A stretch of 64,000 bases of DNA from the human T2T-CHM13v2.0 reference genome, Homo sapiens: the NCBI RefSeq assembly GCF_009914755.1, contig NC_060940.1. One strand, 5' to 3'. A program made the position numbers and the translations under genes. The notes beneath the pieces were generated by a model, which did not search any database, was not told the origin of the DNA, and saw only the letters and a program-made list of their open reading frames with translations. Positions 18,308 through 45,200 of this stretch are shown in pieces; position 1 is the first letter of the stretch, and the number at the start of each line of letters is the position of its first letter.

Positions 18308-19162
18308 ACAGTATCTCTTAGCCCAACCAAATTTCCCAGAATCACCAACAGCTCCCACATCCCCCCCACCACTCCCCAACCCCAACCAAGTGCAACTGGC
18401 TTCCTCTCCAGATGGCCACTCCCATCTACACTCTTGTCTAGGTGCCCACAGCCTTTGTCCTGAGTTAAGCCAGCTCCTCCCTGGATTTTCCCCCGGGGGC
18501 CTTTCCTACAGTGATCTCTGGGCTTTTAGACTCCGCACACACTAAACCAGAGGTCCTCAACCTAGGTCAGTAGTGAGAACTCAGTGGGTTCATAAATTCA
18601 GACACAAAAAAATTATGTCATTATTCACCAATCTCTAAATAAAATTTAGCATTTCCTCTCTCCCATTATGGATATAGTAAAAAAAAAAAAAAGCAATACA
18701 ATACAAAACAAAACATGGCAGTATTAGCAGTACCTGTGACTTTGTCACCAGTGGAAATCAGACATGTGCTAGTCACATTACAGTTGCTGTTATTTTGAAG
18801 CAGGAATATTTGCTCCCCAGAAAGGCTAGCTGCTCTGATTGTTGCAGGCAAAAAAAACGTGGAGGAATCCTCTGGAGTTTGGACTTTTCCTCTTGTGTTC
18901 CAGCCCCTACTCTTCCTCCCCTTAGGCCTTCTGTTCAGAAGACTCTGAGCCTGGGATTTGGTGACATTTACTATCCCCCGACAGACACTAGCTTCTCTAT
19001 CCTGAAGAAAAACTAAATGAAACTAAATGAAGTTGCACATGCAAGCTCTACTTTTTGTTTTAGGAAGCACACCATTCTGGATGCTTGCAGAAGTCTTCCT
19101 GTTTGACTAGAGGATGACATAGAAACCCTGGGTCCTAGTCCTGCCTGTTCCCAAGCCAGTGA

Positions 19163-19240
19163 GGAAACTCCCGGCTGAATAAAGCCATTTCTTTAACCCA
19201 GTGTCTGAGGGGTTTTGTCCGGGGCTCATCCTGCTACATT
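19163..19240 (+). mobile_element. Short ERV1 LTR R/U5 fragment (LTR2/HERV-E-like)
   Basis: AATAAAGCC...GTGTCTGAGGGGTTTTGTCC...CTCATCCTGCTACA resembles the LTR2-group 3' terminus as I recall it. Confidence 0.65.
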
Positions 19241-19609
19241 AGTGATGGGCCCTTTGTCAGCTCTGATGCCCATGAGAGCACAGAGTATAGCAGAAGTTCC
19301 CATGGATGATCAGAAAACACAATCAATCCCAAGAAGATCAAAACTCTACATGCCTAAGGTATGATCAATCCCTCCATAGAGAAAGTGGAAGAGACACAGA
19401 TGACAGTAGAGAAAGACAATTAGGAAAAGACGGCAGTGGTTGCCACCACACTGGACATCAGTGTCATTGAGAGATTCATCTTTCAGTGAGGCAGGAGCTT
19501 GTCCTGATTAGCAGAATTGTGTCATTCTGTCAACACCTATACATTATGACCATCTAATCCTTAGGGTCTATCCTAATTTTGTCATTTGCCCAAATAATGT
19601 CCTTTAGAG

Positions 19610-20243
<634 letters not shown>

Positions 20244-20451
20244 CTTTAGAGCAAAAAGATCCCCTCAGTAACCACGTGCAGCATTTAGTGGTCATTTTTA
20301 AAAATCTCTTTCCATTTATGACAGTTTTTTAGTGTCTTTTTGAAGATTATTTGTGAGTTATTTTGTGACATATTCCTGAATGGGGTTATCTGATGTTTCT
20401 TCATAATTAGATTCAGATTATGCATCTCTGGCAGAAATATCACAGAAATAA

Positions 20452-20916
<465 letters not shown>

Positions 20917-21035
20917 CTTTTTATGTTTTTAATGAATTCATACTTGGGACTGAGGTATTTTCTTTGTTTAAATTTTTTTTATTAAAAAAAATTCTGACTA
21001 CAAAGACCTAGAAAAGAAGGGTTAAGGCATTTTGA

Positions 21036-21720
<685 letters not shown>

Positions 21721-22279
21721 CAGTTATTTATATTATTATGGACTCATGGATATCTATTTTATTCAATGAGTTATAATCCATTATTATCATGAGTTATTTT
21801 GATGCTCAAATCATTTCTATTTGCTGGTGGGAGCCCCTTCCAACTGGCTCCTGAATCCCTTTTACCTGTCCTATCGTCCTCTGATCGCTTTCTTGTTTTT
21901 GGCACAAAATTTGCTCCTGGTTCATCTTCTACTTTTCCTGTTCCAGCCCTGGAATCAACCATTGCTCAAAGGGATCCTGATTCCTTTTAGTGGAGACTAG
22001 TGTTTAGAAGCCAACATCAGGGCATGAGTGTGCTCATTGTTATTGAACTATTGCTGCTCCCAGGCTGAGCTAGAGAATACATGTATGTATACATTCAATA
22101 ACATATACATGCAGACACACATTTATACATTTATTTATTTCTGTATTTATTTGTGTATATTGAAAACTATGAGTACATTTCATGCCTCCAATTCCAATCT
22201 AACACCACAGAACTCATTCTAGTTTTCTGTCTATATTTGTAATCCTCTTTTCTGACAGTGAGCAAGCTGGCAATACAGG

Positions 22280-22760
22280 GCTCTTTGAGATGGAGGAGGC
22301 AGTGTTAAGAAAGGTCTCTCTGAGAAGGTGACATTTAAGCTGAGACTTGAAGAAGTGAAGGCATCAGCAAGGCAGATTCTGGGGGAAGAATGTTCTAGGG
22401 AGAACACGATAGTAATTGCAATGGCCCTGCAAGAAGCATGCTGGTGTGTTGGAGGAAAAGCAGGTGTCCTGTGGCTGAGCCAGTAGGCAAGTAATGTCAG
22501 CCAGGTAAGAGGGATGGTTCAAGCACCTTATTGTAAGGACTACAGTAGTGACCAAGATAGGAAGCCATTGGCACATGTTGAATGCAGAAGAGATATTGCT
22601 TTATAAAGGATTGCTCTAACTGCAAATGTGGAAGCAGAGTCACCAGCCAGGAGACCTGCAGGAAACCAGGAAAGTGAGGAGGATGGTTGGGAAGGTGGTG
22701 AGAAATGCTCAGATTCGGGAATCATATTTTAGGGGAAGCTAACAAGATGTGGCATGTGGG
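22280..22760 (-). mobile_element. L2 fragment
   Basis: gaaggtgacatttaagctgagacttgaag antisense L2 signature. Confidence 0.7.
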
Positions 22761-23624
22761 GTTTGAGAGGTAGGTGGTGGCACATGGTGCTATGTAAGTG
22801 TTTGTTAAATAAATAAAATAGAAAAATTGTATGCAAAGCACTTAGCACAATGTGTCACATAGAATAAATGAATCATGACCACTGTCCATTGATGAATGAA
22901 GATGAAAACCTTCCCTGAGCCCCACTGACCCAATTCTGGCCCCATCTTGGCATCCTGAAGTGTCACCTCTTGAGCACTGCTGCCCCTTTTCTACCAGAGC
23001 TCCCTCATATCCTGTTCCCACCCTTCCCAATGACTCAAAACTCCCACTTCCTCTGAGTCCTGTCCCTGCAGGGTGTGGGTTGGCATCTATCTGATAAGCT
23101 AATTCACAATAAGGTATGGACTTCTTGCAAGATGCTTACCCCTCCCAGAAGGATTCACACTTTAAAAAGGTGGCAACTTATTTACTTACCTCTGGGAATG
23201 TGGTGGAATCTCTGAGTATGGCAGGGTGGTGAAGGAGGTCATTTTGTTTTGGGCAGGCCTCAAATGACACCATAGGGAGACCTGGGACCTCCTTGAGGGG
23301 GCCCAGCCCAGGGCCAGCCTGCATTCCTCTGTCTACTGCCTCACGTTACAAACCATGGCACTTACTGCTGCTATTTACTGCAAGAACTTGATCCTGATGT
23401 GGCCAAAAGAGCATCTTTCTAGATTCTCTCCCCACGGTGGGCAGGGCTTGGTGTAGCGGCCATACCCCTTTGAGACCCCCCACCTGTGGGGTGGCTCAGA
23501 AAGGCAGTCTTCACTCATTGATCAGACTTAATCTATGAATGGAAATTTATAACCTGATGCCATGGTGCTGGGTACCTCCGATTGTGTGCAAAATTGGTGT
23601 CTGTGCAAGATTGGTTTAAGAAGC

Positions 23625-24090
23625 AAGGCCACAAAACCACAATGAGATACCACTTCTAGCCCACTAGGATGGCTGTAATAAAAAAGATAGATAGTAACAA
23701 GTGTTAACAAGATGTGGAGAAATTAGAACCCTCATACATTCAGGGCTGGTGGGGATGCAAAATGGTGCAGCCACTTTGGAAAACAGCTTGGTAGTTCCTA
23801 GAAAGATTAAACACAGTTACCGCATGAGCCAGAAACTTCATGCCTAGGTATATTATACTCAAGAGAAATTAAAACATAAGTCCCCTCCAAAACTTGTAAT
23901 TAATGTTTATAGCAGGATTTTTCAAAATAGCCAAGGAGTGAAAATAACTCATATGCCCGCCCATCAACTAATTAATGGATACATGAAACCTGGTATATCT
24001 ATCCTATAGACTATTATATGATAATAAAATTGTACACTTTGGTATGTGAATTATATCTCCATGAAAGTTATATATTCATAAAAATGAAAG
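23625..24090 (+). mobile_element. L1M ORF2-end/3' UTR fragment
   Basis: aaaaccacaatgagataccac...tggtgcagccactttggaaaacag. Confidence 0.8.
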
Positions 24091-24194
24091 CAAGTAAGAA
24101 GGGAAGAAGGAAGAAAGGAAGGCAGGGAGGGAGACAGAGGGGGAGAGAAGGATGAAGGAAGGAGGAAGAAAGGAAAGAATAAGGAGGAAGGAGG

Positions 24195-24889
<695 letters not shown>

Positions 24890-25441
24890 TCACCTTCTTA
24901 GAGTGTGGGTAGAGGAGAGGAAGATGAGAGATGACAAGGAACCACAGAAATCTTGTCCACTTTCCCTTAGGGAAATACTGTGCAGAGTGTGCTTGGGGAA
25001 CTATGGGATATTGAGAAAAATGATCCCAAACGTGGCAAATAAGGCAAGAAGAAGACTGTGCGTCACTTCGGTGCATGCTGGGCATTGCTTAACAGACCAC
25101 TCCTGGATTGTTTCATAATCTGAGGGACGTACCTTTGTTTGACTTCAACTTTACTGTTGACTGGGGCCCAGATTCTATAAAGTTATGTGCTAATTTGTAG
25201 AATTTTGTTTGATAGAGATACAAATGATTTTTGTCTAGTAGAAAAGAGAACCCCAAAGGTTACCGTTTTATTTGCCCTGTTGGCTATTAATCAGTTTTGT
25301 CTCTAACCTAACAAACTGATTTTAGTGTGTCTTTCTTGATGGACTATATAACCCTTTTCCCTCTAATTCTCTTTTGCACTAATCTTTACCATACTGCTGG
25401 GTCCCCCATTAACAAGTTATATGTATCTTGGTGCATGCTCA

Positions 25442-25837
<396 letters not shown>

Positions 25838-26076
25838 TCACCATAGACACCAGAACTTAAGCTATAAGGTGGAGACACCTGGATGCACAAATGAGAAGGG
25901 ATTGCAAAATACTCTGGGAACTTAAAGCAGGGGGAGACATTACAATGTTAGGACCTGGAGAAGAAGGGTTTTCCTTAAAATTTTATACAAATGTGTGTGT
26001 GTGTATACATGGATGCTTACATTCTACACAGAAGAAGAGAGAGAAAAAAACGAAAAGGCTACAAAAATAATCACCT

Positions 26077-26250
26077 AGCCAGGTGCGGTGGCATGTGCCT
26101 ATAGTCCCAGCTACTTGAGAGGCTGAGGTGGGAGAATTGCTTGAGGCCAGGAGTTTGAGGTTATAGTGTGCCATGATTGCACTTGTGAATAGCCACTGCC
26201 CTTCAGCTTGGGCAACATGGAAAGACCCCATCTCTTAAAAAATAAGAATA
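26077..26250 (+). mobile_element. FAM (fossil Alu monomer)
   Basis: Single monomer retaining the GTGAATAGCCACTGC segment of FAM/7SL but lacking the S domain. A-rich tail. Confidence 0.8.
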
Positions 26251-26254
26251 ATGG

Positions 26255-26863
<609 letters not shown>

Positions 26864-26912
26864 TTACTAACTGCGTTGTAGATTGCTAAGAGGTCTTCAG
26901 ATCAGTTTATAG

Positions 26913-27120
26913 CAGTGGTTTTCAATAGGGGGTGATTTGTTTCCCTGGGGCACATTAAGCAATGAGTGGAGACATTTTTTATTGTCACCAATGGGAAAGT
27001 GGTGGGTATCTAGTGGTGGAGGCCATGATGTACTAAACATCCTGTAATGCACAGGACAGCTTCTGCAACAAAGAATTATCTGGTCCAAAATGTCAGTGGT
27101 GCCACAATTGAGAAATCATG
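26913..27120 (+). mobile_element. MER20 (hAT-Charlie)
   Basis: cagtggttttcaa...ttgagaaatcatg with perfect 8-bp TSD gtttatag. Confidence 0.9.
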
Positions 27121-27738
27121 GTTTATAGGAAAAAAGCCAAAGGGAAAAAATCAGAATCTGAGTTGTCCACACTATAACTCTAATTATGTAAATACAGAGG
27201 CAAAGATATGGTTAAAACTATGTGCAACCCATTCCCACCCACCAAATCCTGCTCCTTGACAGCAGAGATGCCTGCCCTGCTGTCATCCCCACCCACTGGG
27301 GGATAAGGAATGATGAACGGGTACTTTTTTCTTTTTTCTCTCCTCTGGAATAGGACTTCTGTCCCTACCTTGGAACATTATGCAGCTTTCATAAAGAGTA
27401 AGATAAATCTATATATGCTGACATTGAAAGATGTCCAGAATATATTAAGTGAAAAAAAGCGAATCGTCCAATGATATGTACAGCACGATCCATTTTTGTA
27501 AAAGTAAACTGTACAAAGGGGTATGAATACTCACGTGTGTAGGGAAGCATCATTGCAGCAATCTACACTGGGGGAAAAATGGAAAACATGGCACTTTCAC
27601 TTCATAGATTGAAGGCATTCATTTTTGTCTGCCCCCTCCCAAAGCCCAACCAAAATCAGAGTCAATGAACTAAAAAGGTATAAACTCACAAAAGAAACAA
27701 AATGAAGCAGAGACAGGAAAATAGCAGATGAGAGTTTT

Positions 27739-28053
27739 GGTTTTGGTGTTTTTTTTTTTTTTTTTTTTTTTGAGACGGAGTCTCTCTCTGTCGCCCAGGC
27801 TGGAGTGCAGTGGCATGATCTCGGCTGACTGCAAGCTCCGCCTCCCGGGTTCACGCCATTCTCCTGCCTCAGCCTCTCCGAGTAGCTAGGACTACAGGCG
27901 CCCACCACCATGCCTGGCTTATTTTTTGTATTTTTAGTAGAGATGGGGTTTCACCGTGTTAGCCAGGATGGTCTTGGTCTCCTGACCTCATGATCCGCCC
28001 TCCTCCGCCTCCCAAAGTGCTGGGATTACAGGCGTGAGCCACTGCGCCCGGCC
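27739..28053 (-). mobile_element. AluY
   Basis: AluY diagnostics, CpG-rich, 15-bp TSD gcagatgagagtttt. Confidence 0.96.
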
Positions 28054-28459
28054 GCAGATGAGAGTTTTAAACACATTTTTGGAAGGTGGAAAGCAGGTGA
28101 GTTTGGTAGAGCTGAAAATGCCTGCAGAAGGAAATATCAACCAGCAGTCAGTGTACCCGTTAGCCTGTAGTCTTTGCATGGAGAAGTGGCTTCCTTTCCT
28201 CTAGATGCTTGACATCCATCTAGTGGGAAAGTGATATAATGTGCGTTCCTCCCACCCTTTACTGCTACCTGCTGGAACATTATCATAATAAGAGGACAAA
28301 GCAAAAATGTTTACAAGGTGAATGGCACCCCTAAGATATGGTTCCACTGTGCTGCCCAACCTGCACACCTGTACAAGGGGTCTCCCCACAAGAAACAGAA
28401 AGATCTATGGACTAAAACCCCAAATGCCAGAAATTTAGTCAGAATGATGTGTTGGAGGT

Positions 28460-28850
28460 TGTTATGATTTGAATGTGTCCCCCAAAGACCTTGTGTTGGA
28501 AACTTAATCCCCAGTGCAACAGTGTTGGGAGGTGGGGTCTAATCAGAAGTGATTAGGTTATGAGGACTCCCTGCTCTTATGAATGGATTAATGTTATTGT
28601 CACAGGGGTGGGTTCATTACTACAAAAGTGAGCTTGTTGTAAAATCCAGTTTGTCCCCCTCTTGCTCCCATACTGTCTTGCCTTTTCACCTTCTGTCATG
28701 GATGATGGTGCCCAAAGGCCCTCACTAGATGCTTGCACCATGCTCTTGGACTTCCCAGACTCCAGAACTGTGAGCCAAATACATTTATTTTCTTTATGAA
28801 TTACCAAGTCTATAGTATTCTGCTATTGCAATACAAAATGGACTAAGACA
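28460..28850 (+). mobile_element. MaLR solo LTR (MST/MLT1A-like)
   Basis: tgttatgatttgaatgtgtcccc...caaaatggactaagaca. Confidence 0.85.
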
Positions 28851-28915
28851 GAGGTGGAATGGGCTTGAAAACAGAAGTAAAACTAGGAACCCCATATAAG
28901 AGGTGGTGAGACCAC

Positions 28916-29450
28916 TGTAGAGATTGTGTTTTTCAGAGATAGCCACTACAAATATCTCCCATTCCACATGCTATTCCACAGTGTGACTGTGACATTCCTC
29001 CTCTTGAGAGATATAGTCTAGGTCCCCTCCCCTTGAGTTGAGGCAGGCTCAATTCAAGTGACTCATTTGTAACAATAGAATTCAGTGGAAGTGATGGTGC
29101 ATAATTTCCAAGGCTGGAACTCTCATGCTAAAACTATAAATCTCTATGTGAACAGTTTGACTGCCCTGACACTGCCATACTGTAAGGAAGCTTAAAACAG
29201 CTCATATGGAGAAACCACATGGAGAAGACCTGAGACTTCAGAGAACGAGAGATAGATGCTTTGCCAGCTGCATGCTAATCCAGTTTCAATCATTGTTTGG
29301 CTGCAACAGCATGAGAGATCCCAAACTAGAACTACCCAGCTGAGCCCTTCCCAAATTCTTCAGCCACAGAAAGTATGAGAGACAGTAAAATCAGTGTTTT
29401 TATTTTAATTAGTTTGGGGTGATTTTTTGCATAGCAGTTATAACTGGAAT
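28916..29450 (+). mobile_element. MaLR LTR (MLT1G/H-like)
   Basis: gccatactgtaaggaagc, ccagctgagcccttcccaaattc, atagcagttataactggaata. Confidence 0.65.
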
Positions 29451-29526
29451 AACCACTTGGATCCCCTTTCAAATCTGGGGCGCCCGGGCAACTACCCTTT
29501 CCTGACCTTGCCAGAAATTTGTTCTA

Positions 29527-29848
<322 letters not shown>

Positions 29849-30096
29849 AGGACTCTAGACATGGCAGAAGGGAGGGGGAGACACTATACTAAAAACGGGG
29901 ATGATATATGAAAGTCTGTGTGAACCCTAGCCCTTCCTTGGCTTTAAGGATGCTGCCAGCCAGGCACATATCCTTCCTCAGCAGGAGACTGGAGAATTAT
30001 CACTAGAGAAGACTCAGAAAATTAGCCTAGATATTATGGGCCAAGCTAAGTTCTCCGCATAGAAGCAGGTGTGTGCCTTTTTAAAAAGCTAGATCT

Positions 30097-30377
<281 letters not shown>

Positions 30378-30461
30378 TCACTATAATTCATATTCTTACA
30401 GAAATAATGAGCTATTGCATCCATAAGACAAGAATAAGATTTTACTTTTAAAAAGGAGGGG

Positions 30462-30847
30462 CAGCCATTCTTGCACTGCTGTAAAGAAATACCTGATATG
30501 AGTAATTTATAAAGAAAAGAGGTTTAACTGGCTCAGAGTTCCGCAGGTTATACTGGTAGCACAGGGGCTTCTGCCTCTGGGAAGGCCTTGGGAAGATTAC
30601 AATCATGGTGGTAGGCGAAGGGAAAGCAGGGACATATTTCATGGCCAGAGCAAGGAGCAAGAGAGAGATGGGGGAGATGCCACACACTTTAAACAACCAG
30701 ATATCATGAGAACTCACTCACTGTAAAGTACCAAGTGGGGAAATCGGCCCCCATGATCCAATCACTTCCCTCCAGGCCCCACCTTCAACACTGGGGATTA
30801 CAATTCTACATGAGATTTGGGTGGGGACACACATCCAAACCATATCA
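30462..30847 (-). mobile_element. MST (MaLR) LTR
   Basis: gccattcttgcactgctgtaaagaaatacctga...catccaaaccatatca. Confidence 0.85.
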
Positions 30848-31280
30848 GGGTATCTTGGTTTGGGTTTCCCCAGCAGCAGACTCTGAGACAATGATTCCAG
30901 TATAAGTAAATTTTGGCAGGTATTCACAGAAAATACAAGTTGAGGATTGGGGAAGTGAGACAGGGAAGTGAGGGAAGCCAATAAAAGGTGTGCTATCCAG
31001 CCAGTTAGCGTTGTAGACAGCTGGAGCTTGATATTACTAGGAAACTCCAAGAGATGGTGTAGAACTTGCTGCAGAAGCATCCCAATCAATGGGCAATAAT
31101 CCACTAACTGCTTCTAAGGGAATTGACCTTACTTTCTTCCAGCTTGTCCTGTACTCAGACTGAGGATGCTACTTGGAAGAAAACAGCCCTTGTGCAGACA
31201 GTCATAGATATTTACAGAAAATAGCCTTGGGCATCATGCAGGAGCTAATGCCAAGGATTTGTGGATAGGGCACCAACAAT
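30848..31280 (-). mobile_element. Ancient ERVL-type LTR (LTR33/LTR16-like)
   Basis: gggtttccccagcagcagactctgagacaatgattc motif. Tentative. Confidence 0.45.
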
Positions 31281-31299
31281 GTCTGCTGCAGGAAGCTAC

Positions 31300-33900
<2,601 letters not shown>

Positions 33901-34733
33901 ATTGAATATGCATTAGACAAAATCTGGAATGTTTCCACATTGAGCTATTAATAATGGTTTCTTTGGGTGCGTGGACCGGGATGGCGGGCAGGGAGGGGAC
34001 ATTTTCTCTTTTTACTCTGTGTTATTCAGTAATCATAGTTTTTGTTTTACAAAGGTGATCATTGGGAAGACTTTTGAATAGAGTGGGGTTCTGGGGTCCT
34101 GATAGTTCTGGCCTGGTCCGTTTGTGTCTTCTGCTTCTGATTCCAGAGAAGGGAGGAGGGCCAGGGTTGGCAAGGGCCGGCTTGGCAAGGGCAGGCCTCA
34201 GCTCTAGGGGGATCTGGTAGAACCAGCTGTGATGTCAGAAGGGCATGTTGATAGGGTGACTCACTTTCCAGGAGGGTGGAGATGGCTCCTCTCCTCCCTT
34301 CACAGGAGCTGCCTGCGGAGCTGTCGCCTGCGGGGTGCCCTGTTTCAGCAATCCTAGAGGAGGAGTCCCTTCCAGATCAATAGAAACCAGGGACATTTCA
34401 ATCCAGGCCTTTGCACAGAGTTCTCTTGCAGCCAGCCTGGGGAAGTTGTGCAAGGTTCATTGATTAGAGCAAAGGGTGAGAGGAAGGGATGGCGGAAAGT
34501 AGAGGAAGAGTCTTGGAAATGAGGCTCTGGGGGCCCTCGGGCCTAAGTGTGTTTTGGAGGGAGGGAAAGGTTTTAATGATCCCTTGAGCTTCTTTAGGGA
34601 TCCTATATTTTCCAGGAGCTCCTAATTCTAGCCATTTTTAAAATTTGCTCCCCAGGACTACTTGTGAAGTAGATGGAACTGGTGTAAATATCTCCATTTT
34701 CCAGATGAGGAGACTGAGGCCCAGACAAATTAG

Positions 34734-35195
<462 letters not shown>

Positions 35196-35480
35196 TGAGA
35201 TCCACAATTAACTCGGCAGCGAGTGCCAGACCGGCAGGGACAGAGACATGCTCAGCCCATGTTGGCCTCTCAGCCAGGCGCTGGTCCTCCAAGTCACTCC
35301 TTCCCAGAGAATCCGCCCAACGTTGGCTGCAGGGTGGTACCGTGCCCAGTGCCTTCCGTACATGATCTCATTTCAATCTTGAAACAAGCCTGTAGTGTAG
35401 GTGATATTATTATTATCACCCACGGCGAGGCTGGCCATTTGGGCAGTTTGTAACCCTGTTTTTACATTTCTCCATTTTGC

Positions 35481-35771
<291 letters not shown>

Positions 35772-36403
35772 ACATTTTGCTTTTAATATCCAGGAGTAAA
35801 ACAACAACAACGACCAGGTCTTTCTTGATTTCTGTTTGGCTTGGTTTATTCAGCACCTGCTTATTGGGCACTTGGTCTGTGCTGCTCTCTCCTTGGCATG
35901 GGGAAAACACAGGGGACAAAAGAGATGACATCCCTGCATTCAAGGAGCTTTTGGCCTCCTGCAGGTTGGGGTGAGACAGAAAGACCGTGAAAGTGTGTTA
36001 TCACTTTTGATCTTCATAACATACTGGCGAGGAGTGGATGGGAGGTATAGGTGGTCTTCTCTAAGGTCATGCAGAAAGTGGCTGGCAGAGGACTAGAATC
36101 TTCCGTAGCCACAATGGAAACAAGAGGAATCACAAACAAGAAGGAAGGGGACACCTGAGAGTGTCACAAAGTCCTGAGGTTTTAACACACAGTGACCAGG
36201 GAACTCTAGATGCCAGCATCCTTCCCCGTGGCCATCATTTTATCTCATTCTGTTCACAACCATATGGGGGAAGCAGGCAATGCTTCTTCATTTAAGAGAG
36301 GCTCAGAAAAGCTTGCTCAGGTCACACAGCTAGTGGGAAATATAAGAGAGAGGGAGATAGGAGAGAGGGGACTCCAAACCCAGTTCCCTTCCTCGTTCCA
36401 TCA

Positions 36404-38106
<1,703 letters not shown>

Positions 38107-38548
38107 GATGCCTGATGCACAGACGCATACAGGTGCTTGACTAACGTCAGGTCAGCATGGAGGTCTTGCAGGTCTGGGCCATGAGAGATACTTGTGAACA
38201 ACAATCCCTGGGGATAGTGGGGGTTCTCAGGGATCATTTTAAGCGATGAATCTAAGAATGGGTAGACGTCTCCAAAGGCCACAGCCTTTATGTGAAGTCA
38301 TGACAACCACCAACATCATATCTACAGCTCTTACGTGCCAGTGGCTGCATTGAATAATGTCACCCTCTGCAAGATCCTCCAGAGGCACCACATCCCCATT
38401 TTACAGATGAGGAGGCTGATCCATAGAGATGTTAAGTCACTTGCCAGAGCCAAGATTTGAAATCAGATGTCTTGGCCCTTCTTAACCACCTTCCCCACCC
38501 CGCTCCCTGCAAACTTCCCCAAGCAAAACAAAGTAAAATCCCAATACA

Positions 38549-38914
<366 letters not shown>

Positions 38915-39249
38915 TTAAAGCTGGCCTGGGTTTGGAAGTCAAAGTCAGGGTTCAGAGAACTCAAGCAGAGCTCCCTGAGGTTCACCGTGACACTGCGGAA
39001 TTCCCTATACCTCCCCATTTGAGTATCCCTAGGATAGGCCCATCATGGAGTGTGACGGGGAGGAAGAGAAGTTATTCAAACCCACATTCAAGAAGAACCT
39101 CAAACATAGGCTTTTGTTTTAACTATCTTATGGGGGAACACAATTATACTTGCATGACTTTTTGTGGGGGGTGGTTAAAAACCATTGGTTTTATAAAATG
39201 TAAACACTTAAAATATACTGCAATGTGTATAATTCTTAATTTGGGCATT

Positions 39250-39325
39250 TCTCTTCTTCCTCCTTGTCCTCCTCGTTCTCCTCCTCCTCCTAGTCCTCCT
39301 CCTCCTCTTCCTCCTCCTCCTCCTC
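39250..39325. repeat. (CCT)n-rich simple repeat
   Basis: Direct reading. Confidence 0.9.
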
Positions 39326-39364
39326 ATGCTTCTTCCTTTTTTAAAAGTTGAGGTATAAATTCTC

Positions 39365-40815
<1,451 letters not shown>

Positions 40816-41129
40816 AATGCAGTGTTAAAAATATATTTCATACACTGGGATTATTAATATGATCCCCAAAGGGGCAATTTATGACTAGAGGCAAAGGTCT
40901 AGATTATCATAGGCAAATTCATCATATACATTATTTTATCAGATAAATTGAGCTAATTGTTAATTTGTTAAAGCTGAAGGTTATGACTTGTTTTTGGGTT
41001 ATTACTAATTATAAACAAATAAGTATACAACTGAAAAAAATTGAAGTGTAATGTACATGTGGTAAAGGACAATTTTGTGTTATGTGTGTGCATGTATATA
41101 TGTATGTACACACACACGCACACACATAC

Positions 41130-41500
41130 TACTTGACTGATGCTCATTCATTATTTAATCCTCCCAGGAACCTGGTCAGGTAGGCATCATTATTTTTATT
41201 TTACAAGAATGAAGGAAACTAAAGAAGTTTCCACACTAGCAAGGGACAGAACTCAGATTTGAACCATTATCCTTGGAATTCCAAAGCCAGTGTTTTAAAG
41301 CACTCTGCTACACTAATTATTGATGCTATTGTCATCAACCAATATTGACTGGGTACCAGTTACTTTAAGTCCCTGTGCCCCAGTTTTTTGATTTGTAAAA
41401 TGGGATCACAACAATACATGCTTAATAAGTTAAGACCTGCTAAGTGCTCAGAACAGTGCCTACATATAGTAAATGCTCACATGTGAGTTATTATTATCAC
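41130..41500. mobile_element. MIR fragments in both orientations
   Basis: agatttgaacc and ctgtgccccagttt...gtaaaatggg cores. Confidence 0.65.
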
Positions 41501-42454
41501 CTACTGTGCATAAGGCACTGGGAATACCATGAGGTCCAAGATGCCATTCTCCACTCCTGGGGCTACTGTCTATCCAGGAAGCCATCCCAGGCAATTCACA
41601 CTGAGGACTGGCCCGTGGATCTCCAGTCCACAGAACCAAACAGAGGGATGCCTTGGAGGGAGCAGCCTTGGCCAGCAGGACAGAAGTCGGCCTCCCCGTA
41701 TTGCTCCTTGGTCTGAGAGGAGCTACTGCACTTATTTGGCAGCCATCCTTTTGGTGACTCCCCAGGCAATCTAGAGCTTATCTAGGCCCTCCATCATCCC
41801 CCTGGGTCTGCCACCACCAGTGGAATGGTCTTAGTGAATGAGACTTGGCCTTTTGCCTGGAGATCTCCCCACTGGCCCTGGTGGTCCCTGCCAGGATCAG
41901 TGAGCATCTAACCAGAAAGAGAGAAACTATTCTAAAAGCATCTAAAACTGGCGGTGATTGTAGGTGATAGAAGAGTGGGGAAACCAAAGAGGCATGACAG
42001 TAGGAAGCCACTACTGTCTTCCCCTCCCCCACTCTCCTGCGCCTGGCTGCAGGAACAAGGAGACAGGTGATGCTACTGCACCCCATGGAAGAGACGCAGC
42101 TACAGCCTGTAAGCTTCTTCCATTCTCCTACCTGCTGGGCTCTAGGCAGCACCGTCCAGCTGACCCAGGGGCCTGGGAAACCTAGCCTGAAGGGCTCGGC
42201 GCCAACCTCGACCCCTGATCCACCCACCCACCCACTACCACAACACTCACGGACACAGGGGAGGAGAAGGGTGAGGAATAGATCTCAGGGCACATGAGGC
42301 CAGCACCAGCCCCTGGCCTTTCCACCTGAGCATTCCAATTACCCACCCTGGCCTGGGCCTGGCCCAGATTTGAGTTCCATAAATGGGTTGAACAAATGAT
42401 TGACTGTTGGGGAAAAAGGGCACAGTACCTCCCGTCACTGATTTTTTTTTTTTT

Positions 42455-43358
<904 letters not shown>

Positions 43359-44015
43359 TGTAATTCTTTAATAAAAAACGAATACCCTAATGGAAGGACT
43401 GTTCTCTTTTCCTACTTCCTGCTTTCTCTAGTGAGCCTCCCTGGAAACCTGATGAAGGAGGAGGCTGGGTTCAGAGATGAGAAAGAAATGAACCCAAAGG
43501 ACTGGGCTCTTTTTGGGTGCCAAGCCCTGTGCTGAACCCTTAGGAGAATGGTCCAATGACCCATCTGTAACACACAGGCATAACCCCGAGGGGACAGCAT
43601 CATGGTTATGAGGAATGAGGTTGGAGAGGTGAGGTGACTTGCTTCACATCACACAACTAGTAAGTGTGTGGGGCAGGATTTGAATGCAGGTCACCTCCAA
43701 ACTCCCCAGGCCAGGTTCCTCATCCCTTTGTTCCTCTAAGATCCAGAGGAAACGGGAGACACAGCTAATGACTATGGCTCCTGGTCTCTGATTCTGATTT
43801 TTAAAATAGGAACTACCTTGTCAGTGAACAGGCCCCAGCTCTGACGCTTTCTGGGGACTTTGCACCTCTGCCTCATCCTCGCTGGGACTAAGTAATTTCT
43901 AGACACCAAAGATGCCTGATGTCCCTCTCTAAATGAGGTCCAAAGGCTTTGTCCTGGCCTAGGTCAGGCCTAGACATGAGTCCCTGTAACTTCAGGAAAA
44001 AGAGAACCAAGTTCA

Positions 44016-45200
<1,185 letters not shown>

